Positions 23,506-31,680 of a stretch of DNA of 34,766 nt are shown one piece after another; position 1 is the stretch's first letter, and every line of letters starts with the position of its first letter. Made by a program: the position numbers and the translations under genes. The stretch comes from Thelocarpon superellum (Eukaryota), in NCBI GenBank assembly GCA_026025795.1, contig JAPEUG010000166.1, forward strand, positions 1-34,766, given 5' to 3'. The notes under the pieces were generated by a model. The model was not told the origin of the DNA. It worked only from the letters and a program-made list of their open reading frames with translations, and ran no database searches.

Positions 23506-26367
23506 ATGGCTTCTGTCTTCACCTTTGATCCCGATCCTCCACGGGTGTCATCTCCGTGGTCCGCCCCAAGCTCGGCAACGCCCAGGCAAAGCAATGATGG
23601 TAGCATTCTACATTGTCCCGAAGGCTTTTATGAGGGATGGCAGAGTCCACCTGCCGTCACAGTAGCGGATGGCGGCCTTCGTCAGCTGGAAGCGGAACCT
23701 CAAGAAGGTCCCACGGAATATAAACTACATCTCTTGCTTCGATCACGTCGTTCCTTCACAGCCCAGAACAGCCGCTTCCCTGGCCTGCCGCAACCTCGAT
23801 CAACGCATCGAGCACCTCGCGATGCAGACGTTACGGGCAGTCCAAGAAAGGAGAACACGTCTACCCCAACGCCATCCACGACGCAGTCGCGGCAACTGCG
23901 GCTGCAGCAGCTGACCACCCAGTTGCTTTGGCGCCTGCAACAATCCTCGCCTTACCATACGTCGACAACAAATGACCTGATCCTACCGACACTGCCAGAA
24001 GGGTCGTTGTCGGCGGGAGGTTCTACTCGCCCCGTCCGATTGCATCCAGGTCTGGAAGAAAGCCAAGGGGCCTTGTATGAAATTGGCGTGGCAGATGATG
24101 GGACCTTTGTTGGCCTGACGAACGATGAGATGGAGGAGAGTTTGTGCAATCTGCGAATGATGGCCGCGAGCTTAGGTTGCGATGTGCAGATCTTGCGGAC
24201 CATGATCCTCCGAGAGTATCAGCTGGAGCCTCCACCGCCTTCGCCAAGCAATGCGCGGCGGCCACCAACGGGAGAGAGATTGTGGGTCGCCGAGGCACTG
24301 GTGAAGCCGCATCTACGAGCCGCGAACCGCGACAGAAAGCACTCCGAAGGCATTCGACGGACGCAGAGGGCCACCGGCGAAGAACAAACCTACGGAAACG
24401 CGTCTCCCCAATTGTCTCGACGTGAGCTACCATCCGTCACGGAGCAGCTCCGAGTCTCCTTGACAGGTGGCAGCACGTCTGGAAAGTCCAGTCTTCTGGG
24501 TACTTTGTCCACCGGAACACTCGACAACGGGCGAGGCAAGAGTCGGCTAAGCCTGCTGAAACATCGGCACGAAATCGTCTCGGGTGTGACCAGTTCGGTC
24601 GCGCAGGAACTCATCGGCTACCAGACATCCAACGATCCTGGTGTTGCGGCGCATGCTGTCAACTTCGCCTCCGGCAATGTGTCATCGTGGATCGACATTC
24701 ACTCTGCTTGCGGGAATGGCAGATTGGTCTTCTTTTCCGACTCAGCAGGACATCCACGCTACCGTCGGACGACGGTTCGTGGTCTTGTTGGATGGGCTCC
24801 ACATTGGACGATCCTTTGCGTCGCTGCGGATGAAAATACGGGGCAAGGAGAGCGTGAAACTGGCAGCCAGGAGCCGACACCATCCACGTCGCCGGGGTCG
24901 CCACATGCCGACGTCAATACTTCAGATGCGCACCTCGAATTGTGCTTGAGACTGAACATACCGTTGATCGTGGTCGTTACCAAATTAGACCTGGCATCAA
25001 AAACGGGGTTCAGATCCACCTTTACCAAGATTCTGAGCGCCCTCAAATTGGCTGGACGAAGACCTGCTCTTGTATCCAGAGGTAGCCAAGAGGAGGAAGT
25101 GGGCAATGAAGCGGCTTTGCAGACCATCACGGTTGAAGAGCAAACGAGTGTTCTCAAGGCGACGGACTTGTCACCCGACAGCGACCCAAGGGATGTGGTC
25201 CCCATAGTCTTCACCAGCGCCGTGACTGGGACCGGCATTACCTCCTTACATGCCGTCCTGCGTACTTTGCCCACCCCGTCTCCCCCCTCTCCCAATGCTC
25301 AACCCGCGCTACGACCAGGGCGCGCTGTTTCCGTTGGACGTTTCCCTGCAACTCTCTATCACGTCGAAGAGGTCTTCGCACTGCCTGCCTCGGCGGTCAC
25401 GACCAACTCTCATACGCCACCTAATACCTACGACATTACAGGGGCGGTACTCAGCGGTCACCTGCGCTATGGCACGCTTTCTGTTGGCGATGATATACTG
25501 CTCGGCCCTTTTCCAGCCCTAGACGCCGAGGACGCTGCGGACGCTGCAGAAGAAGACATGCAAGGTTTGAGTGGGGCTTCTCGTGGTAGTCCGCCAGCAC
25601 GACCCAGTGGGGCAGGATTACGCCTATTCCGTTCGCCTCTGATAGCTGCTGTCTCACACCACCAGGGAGGCTCCGATCGACATGTAGACTGGCGCCCATT
25701 CCATGTGGTCAGCGTACGCAATCTTCGACTTCCCGTCCGAAGGCTCTCGGCTGGACAAGTGGGCACCGTGGGCATCGTCCAAAAAGATCCTACAGGTGCC
25801 GATCCTGAGTTGCAGGGTCGATACACCTCGTCGAATGAGATGGCCGATGCGCCGAACATACACGAAGTACGAGGTCTCCGAAAAGGCTTTGTATTGTTGG
25901 CCTCGACCTCCATCCACCCACCGTCAGCGTTCAGCGGGTTTGCAGCCTCATTCACCATCGATGAATCAACCAGCATATCATGCGGCGACCTTGTGATTGT
26001 CTACGTGGCCAGTGTGCGAGCATTGGCACGGATCACGCGCATTCATGCCGTACATCCGGACATGGCTTGCTCAGGAGTAGCGCACGACGTATTTGAGTTC
26101 GACGCGGGGGCTCGATCCGGCCTCGACGACGGACTTGAAGCAAGACGCGACGGGTCATTCGACGTCAGCTTTACCTTCACTGGCCCAAAAGAGTGGATTG
26201 AGGTTGGATCGAGGGTGTTGGTGATGCCAGGTGGCGGGGGGCGTGGATTTCGCGGTCAATCTCCACCCTTGGCCGGACCTGCTACAGCGCGGAGAGGAAA
26301 CGCCGTGACTCAAGGTCAAAGTGGTCTCGAAGGGATCGTGGGCGATGTCACCGAAGTGTTGGAGTAG
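23506..26367 (+). CDS. GTPBP1/GTPBP2-family translational GTPase (953 aa, intronless)
   Basis: Family motifs: EPQEGPTEYKL, YEIGVADDG...GL, G1 GGSTSGKSSLLGTL, LDNGRGKSR....HRHEI.SG.TSS, G3 DSAGHPRY.RTT, G4 TKLD, G5 SAVTG.G, followed by beta-barrel domains II/III. First ATG at 23506 (MASVFTFDPDPPRVSSPW). Confidence 0.93.
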   Translation: MASVFTFDPDPPRVSSPWSAPSSATPRQSNDGSILHCPEGFYEGWQSPPAVTVADGGLRQLEAEPQEGPTEYKLHLLLRSRRSFTAQNSRFPGLPQPRSTHRAPRDADVTGSPRKENTSTPTPSTTQSRQLRLQQLTTQLLWRLQQSSPYHTSTTNDLILPTLPEGSLSAGGSTRPVRLHPGLEESQGALYEIGVADDGTFVGLTNDEMEESLCNLRMMAASLGCDVQILRTMILREYQLEPPPPSPSNARRPPTGERLWVAEALVKPHLRAANRDRKHSEGIRRTQRATGEEQTYGNASPQLSRRELPSVTEQLRVSLTGGSTSGKSSLLGTLSTGTLDNGRGKSRLSLLKHRHEIVSGVTSSVAQELIGYQTSNDPGVAAHAVNFASGNVSSWIDIHSACGNGRLVFFSDSAGHPRYRRTTVRGLVGWAPHWTILCVAADENTGQGERETGSQEPTPSTSPGSPHADVNTSDAHLELCLRLNIPLIVVVTKLDLASKTGFRSTFTKILSALKLAGRRPALVSRGSQEEEVGNEAALQTITVEEQTSVLKATDLSPDSDPRDVVPIVFTSAVTGTGITSLHAVLRTLPTPSPPSPNAQPALRPGRAVSVGRFPATLYHVEEVFALPASAVTTNSHTPPNTYDITGAVLSGHLRYGTLSVGDDILLGPFPALDAEDAADAAEEDMQGLSGASRGSPPARPSGAGLRLFRSPLIAAVSHHQGGSDRHVDWRPFHVVSVRNLRLPVRRLSAGQVGTVGIVQKDPTGADPELQGRYTSSNEMADAPNIHEVRGLRKGFVLLASTSIHPPSAFSGFAASFTIDESTSISCGDLVIVYVASVRALARITRIHAVHPDMACSGVAHDVFEFDAGARSGLDDGLEARRDGSFDVSFTFTGPKEWIEVGSRVLVMPGGGGRGFRGQSPPLAGPATARRGNAVTQGQSGLEGIVGDVTEVLE

Positions 26368-26684
26368 TGGTACACCTTGCAGGAGCACACCTGCTTGTTC
26401 ATTTTTGATCCCTGAGACTCAGCTACGCTCTCAGGCATACGGCGTTAGGCCCGTGAATGGGGACCTTCATCCATTGTCCCACGACTCTCTTCTGTTGCAT
26501 GTGCGAGCCTGCAATCGTATACATCAATCCGTTCTCCATTGTTCCACCCTACCACCCTCTCTCCTCTCTCCTCAGCTGCTACCGAGACTCAACGACCACT
26601 CCTCGATAGACTGTGAGCAACGGCGATTGACTCTACCTCACCACGAGATCCTGCATCACCCACTCGCGCAGAGGAGATGGAACA

Positions 26685-27569
26685 ATGACCCCACTGCAGC
26701 CTGATACCCAGCAGTTCCGGCGCAAGAAAGCGCAGACGTTGTTTCAACGACTGGTCTACTCGCGCCCAATCGAGGTCGAGAATGTCCTGTATGCGGATGA
26801 TCGCCGTGACCCGATGCCGATGACAGGTCAAGGGAAAGCACCTTGGAGGGCCGGGGCGGCAGTCAAGAAGGGACCGACACAGAAACCTGGTGGACAAGAG
26901 GCGCAGGCGGAGCTCCACCAGGAGAAACCTTCGTGGCATCGGAGCAAGAGCATCGCTGACAAGGTAATGTCAAAGTCAAAGAGCGTGCACTTGTCGACCC
27001 TCGGGAAGGTCCAAGGTGGCTTTGGGCAAGGCAGAAGCGGGGAAGCAACGAGTGACGGCCTGATCCCATCTTTCCACCACCCGGCTATCGGGCCCACTAG
27101 CTCGCGGGAAGCGAAGAGCCGAGTACCTGGAGCGGGTGCTGCCAACGGCCTTGGACCGGGAGGGATGGGAGGGCCACCCAATATCCTCGAAGCCATGGAG
27201 CTGGCGATGGCTAGCGCTCAGAGCCAAGGTCATAACGGTCACGCGGGCAAGAGCAGGTTTGGACTGGGCAACGATGCCGGAGACCAGAGAAGCGTCCACG
27301 CTCCGGCTCCATCTCTTCGTGGACCGCCTGTCTTGGTGGATCCACCCAGTCAGGGAAGCCAGGGAGGGCGGGAAAGTTGCACAAGCCGTCGAAGTGGTCG
27401 GTCTGCGCTTCCGGTAGGCCCTGAACATGGACAGGGTCGAAGCCGTCATCCCAGCCTTGGTCCGGGTCGGGGTCCGACTAATGACCTCACCCAAGGTCAC
27501 TGTCAGGATCATCAGGGATTCCTGTCTCCAAGTTCTGCCGTACGGGTTGTAAGACTCAGCGAGATGTGA
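26685..27569 (+). CDS. Hypothetical Gly/Ser/Pro-rich, largely disordered protein (294 aa)
   Basis: ATG in good context (ACAATG); the 885-bp ORF fills the gap between two real genes; no recognisable domain. Confidence 0.5.
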   Translation: MTPLQPDTQQFRRKKAQTLFQRLVYSRPIEVENVLYADDRRDPMPMTGQGKAPWRAGAAVKKGPTQKPGGQEAQAELHQEKPSWHRSKSIADKVMSKSKSVHLSTLGKVQGGFGQGRSGEATSDGLIPSFHHPAIGPTSSREAKSRVPGAGAANGLGPGGMGGPPNILEAMELAMASAQSQGHNGHAGKSRFGLGNDAGDQRSVHAPAPSLRGPPVLVDPPSQGSQGGRESCTSRRSGRSALPVGPEHGQGRSRHPSLGPGRGPTNDLTQGHCQDHQGFLSPSSAVRVVRLSEM

Positions 27570-27640
27570 ATCCCGACAGGGGGGGGAGATAGGAACGGAG
27601 TTGACGGCTTTGAGAATGATGAATGCATGAATTGAATGGA

Positions 27641-28064
27641 CTATATATCTTCCATTTTGTAAACCTCATAAGCCGGTTCTTCGTATGGATGGGCCCTGCA
27701 ACACGTAAATCAACATGAACCGGGGCAAGTGTGCAAATCCATCTCGCAGGAGACCTATCACAGCCGATAGCCACGGCACTCACTTCTTCAGCGCCTCCAC
27801 GGCATGCGTCAAGACGTCACGTCCGACGACCAAGATCTCGAGTCTGGCCTCTTCCACCTTTTCCAGCTGGTCCGGTGTGCCAATATGCGGCACGGCTCCT
27901 CTCTCGCCCACTGGGAGAAACTGGCCGGTGCCCAAGGACTGAAAACAACAGTGGGTGTATTTGCCGCCCGGGAAAGTGCCGGCGCCCGTAGCGAAGACAG
28001 CAGTCTTGATCTCCTCGAGCGGGTCCAGCGGGGCGAAGAAGATTAACTTGAATCGGTCCGGCAT
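27641..28064 (-). CDS. Stand-alone NIF3/YqfO-insert (PII/CutA-like) domain protein (111 aa); exons 28064-27784 and 27695-27641
   Basis: FKLIFFAP....EEIK.AVFA.GAG....KY..C.F...G.GQF.P...A.P.IG....LE.VEE.RLE. An 88-bp intron 27783-27696 (GTGAGT...TGCAG) adds the signature AHPYEEPAYEVY. Confidence 0.92.
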
Positions 28065-28257
28065 GTTTGTCGTAGACCAATCTGCTACTGCTCCTGGAGT
28101 TCCGAAAGTGGCCAGATTGCAGCGGCGGTCGAGTCGGTAGAACCTGCGGATAGAATTCGAAGAGATGTATGGCTCTGCGGGGTTGTGATTGATGCGATTC
28201 GGGCGCTTTCTTCTACGAGTGCACGACACCCACCGTCGACGAGACTGTATCGCCACC

Positions 28258-29049
28258 ATGCTGCCGACCCCGTCCACGTCGCATGTGTCGTTCAGCAACA
28301 TCTACGAACCGGCTGAAGATTCTTTCCTCCTCCTCGACACGCTCTCGTCCAAGTCGGAGGTAGAGTTCCTTCAATCTCGACTCGATGGGGCAGCGCCAAT
28401 GCCACACGGATGTCCGCTGGCCGTAGAGATCGGGACCGGGTCGGGCGTGATCTTGGCTTTTCTGACGACCAATGCTCTGGCGATCTTCGGTCGGGCCGAT
28501 GTGATGACGGTTGGCACGGACGTGAACCTCTTCGCCTGTCAGGCCTCGCGGCGGACGGTCTTGGAGGCGGTCTCCACCAGCAATGCCGCGGCTGGGAGAG
28601 ACGCATCCATGGCTTCGCCCCTCTTCTTGGATACCGTGATGGCGGATTTGGGGAGTGTGTTGCGATGCGGCGCGGTCGACGTGCTCGTGTTCAATCCCCC
28701 ATATGTCCCCACGGACGATGTGCCTGCTCTCCAGCCTGATACGTGGAATGGATATGGGCTGGGAAAAGTACACAGCTCTTGCGAGCAGGATTCTCATCTG
28801 CTCTCGCTCTCGTACGCAGGTGGCGTCGACGGCATGGCCACGACGCAACGGCTCATTGATAATGTCCCGGCCCTACTCAGTGCGAGGGGCGTGGCATATA
28901 TTCTTCTCTGTGCGCAGAATCACCCCGACGCCGTCATCTCGCAGATCAGGGCATGGGGCAATGGGTGGAAGGTGGAGACAGCGGGACGCAGCGGGAAACA
29001 GGCCGGCTGGGAGAGGCTCCAGGTCCTCCGGATCTGGAGAATACATTGA
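28258..29049 (+). CDS. MTQ2: eRF1 glutamine methyltransferase (HemK family; Mtq2/N6AMT1), 263 aa
   Basis: GCCACCATG start; MLPTP...YEPAEDSFLLLD, SAM motif I EIGTGSG, FNPPYVPT, YAGG.DG, C-terminal E.L.VLR. Confidence 0.95.
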   Translation: MLPTPSTSHVSFSNIYEPAEDSFLLLDTLSSKSEVEFLQSRLDGAAPMPHGCPLAVEIGTGSGVILAFLTTNALAIFGRADVMTVGTDVNLFACQASRRTVLEAVSTSNAAAGRDASMASPLFLDTVMADLGSVLRCGAVDVLVFNPPYVPTDDVPALQPDTWNGYGLGKVHSSCEQDSHLLSLSYAGGVDGMATTQRLIDNVPALLSARGVAYILLCAQNHPDAVISQIRAWGNGWKVETAGRSGKQAGWERLQVLRIWRIH

Positions 29050-29166
29050 TGACGGCACCTGATCTCAGGTCGTCCACATGCATGCCGCGACCGGGATATT
29101 CCACCAATCGCATGTAGCCGTCAAGTCGCACACCACGTAGCATCCTCCCCATGATCCGCGACACGC

Positions 29167-29614
29167 TCAGAAGCCTCGCCCTCCACCACGCCCGCGGCCC
29201 CGGAAGCCCCCGCCACCACCTCGGCCACGTCCTCGGCCACGTGGGCCACCTCGTCCTCGGTCGGCCGCCTCCTTCCGGGCCTTGTTCTTCGGCTTGGGTG
29301 CGTCGTCGATGAGGAGGGTGTCGAGCGGTAAGGAGTCGGGGAGGATGTAATAGCGGATGGTGGAACCGCGGATGTTGATGGTGTCGAGGGAGATAGGGTC
29401 TCGACCCCGTTGCGTCATCTTGACCGTTCGTAATGCCGTGTTCATCTGCGGCGAGACGGAGGTGATGGTGCCATGGAGGATGGTGCCATTCTTCAACTCA
29501 ATCGTGACGGTCTCGTTGGCGCATTTCATCAAAAATCTGCCCGTCGATGCAAATTAGCCACGTCCGGTCTCATGGGGGGGCAGATTCAGGGCCTTCGCAC
29601 CGGACGAGCTTCAT
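29167..29614 (-). CDS. SMD1: Small nuclear ribonucleoprotein Sm D1 (127 aa); exons 29614-29601 and 29536-29167
   Basis: [32 protein letters not shown]...[21 protein letters not shown] with an RG-rich tail; 64-bp intron 29600-29537 (GTGCGA..GCTAAT..GCAG). Confidence 0.97.
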
Positions 29615-30258
29615 TGCGGCAGTGGTCCCAAGGACTCGAAATCACACGGTCGGATAAAGGGATCGCGGGATGCGAACGTGGCGATTGGCGTCGACGGGAC
29701 CGTCAATCATTGTTCATCGCTATTCCATTTTGCCGTCGGCAGTTTCTTTGCGAAGCTGGTCGGTGCTAACGTTACCATCGCTCCTCGCGTGCCTGAGCCT
29801 CATGAAGGCGGAGTAGTCAGCACCCCGCCGAGCACCGCGCCCCGGACTCGGTACCGAAAGTACCGCGGCGTGGCGTACCTTCGCTGGGGTCAGGTTTAAA
29901 TGGCAACCTGGTGAACCACGGACCACACAGAGCGGTACGAATACTCACGACGCCTATCAGGCGGGGGTGCATGTCGACGTCCCAACCTCCGACCTCGCGA
30001 CGCACGTACATCTCCACGACCTTCTACTTCGCTGCTTTTGATCGATTCCTCCTAGCCATGCAGACACGTGCTCATCTGGTTCCGTCTTGAGTCAGCGTCA
30101 TAGCTTTTCGGGAGCGTCTTGTCCCGTTGAGGTGAGTGGGCTCGGATGCTCCCGACGCTGCTGATCCGCCGAGGTCCAGCTGCACCGGCAACGTAAAACT
30201 AACGCGCTTAAGATAGAGCCTGATCTTTGCACCTTCCAGCGCGACTCCAACCCAGATC

Positions 30259-30738
30259 ATGGCTACGTTCATCACCGACCTCTGCAATTCCATCTTCACG
30301 CCCGGCCCGACGCCGACCCTAGTCGTGGCGACCAACGCATCCTTTGCCTGCCTGCAACTTGTCCTGCTGCTGCTCCTGATCGGCACTCGAAGCGTCCACT
30401 TCCTCGTGCTCTCCTTCCTCACGGCCGGACTCTGGTGGGCCATCAACTGGTTCGTGGCCGAGCTGAGCGTCGCCACCGCACGGGAGGAGGAAGCCGCGCG
30501 GCTGCGCGCCACCAAGGTGACGTCGGATGGGCCGGAATCGCCCGACGACGAGACAGAGACGGAAGACGGTCGAGCGGCGGGGGCTACATCAGAAGAGGAC
30601 GCGGTGATCCGGTCGGCGGCATCACGGTATGGGCTGGGAGACGCGCGACGACGGAGGGATCGTCTCGAGGTGTCAGGCGAACTTAGCACGGAGGATGAAT
30701 GGGAGAAGGTCAGCGAGGAAGGCGGCAAGGAGAAATAG
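30259..30738 (+). CDS. PKR1: ER membrane protein Pkr1 (V-ATPase assembly factor), 159 aa
   Basis: F...L..SIFTPGPTPTL.VATN.SF..L...L..LL..T.S.HF..LS.L..GLW.AINWF..EL; two TM helices and an acidic tail ending STEDEWEKVS. Confidence 0.93.
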   Translation: MATFITDLCNSIFTPGPTPTLVVATNASFACLQLVLLLLLIGTRSVHFLVLSFLTAGLWWAINWFVAELSVATAREEEAARLRATKVTSDGPESPDDETETEDGRAAGATSEEDAVIRSAASRYGLGDARRRRDRLEVSGELSTEDEWEKVSEEGGKEK

Positions 30739-31680
30739 GGGGGTCTACGGCCGAAGGAGTAGGGACAACATAGTTGGTAGCGATTCCATGTCGAATATCC
30801 ATGTCCATTGAAGCGCATGAACATCTGTCATCAACGATCTGTATCGTGAGGGGCTCCCTCGGGACGTAGCGGGGTAGCGGCGAACGTGTTACTCGCAAGT
30901 TGGAATGATGGCCACAAGCTAGGCACCCACTCTATCCCACATGACGGCGTTGGACCTCACCTATTGACCGCCGAAGCTCTCCTCGGATACTGGGTTAAAG
31001 GGTCGGCCACGGTGCTGGAGCCAACCGGTAACGCGACACGGTCCACAGCGCCAAGCCTTCCCGCAACCATCAGCCATTCACCTCAACTCCACGGCCACTA
31101 TATATATTACTTTCTTACCGAGATCTTTCGTGGGTGCCTGGTGCAGTGGAAAGCAAAGGCTGAGAGAAGTCAGCTCCCCACCTCCGGAAGCGTCTGGGGC
31201 CTGAAGGTAACAGGTATAGAATCAAATCCACCGTAGGAGCAAGACCAAACCAACCAAGTCTTTGAGAGAAAGAACCTCGAGAACAGAAATCAACTGCCAA
31301 GCAGAGAAAAAAAAAAGAAACCAGAAAGACGAGGCAACAAAGCAGTAAGCATTCCTTGGATAGCTGGAATATCCGGGGCGTGCCGAAGCTTTTTGCTCCG
31401 TGCGCGGACATGTCGCTGTTGACCTGATCCAAGCGATGTGCACGATGTGTTTTGATCCTGGCCGACCGTACGAGTACCACGGGCCAAGCGTGACGTGGTG
31501 TCTCGGCGGCCAGGTAGCGACCGTGGAGCCGGAGCGGCAGCTCCAGGCGACGCGTACCGTCCTTAGCTACTCGGGAACAACTTCCCCACGACGTAAGCAT
31601 ATTCGCCCGAGGTGCCGAAATCCTACGCCACCGGACAGGCTCCAGTCCTCGACCCTCCCCGCCACGGCTGGCCGTTAAAC

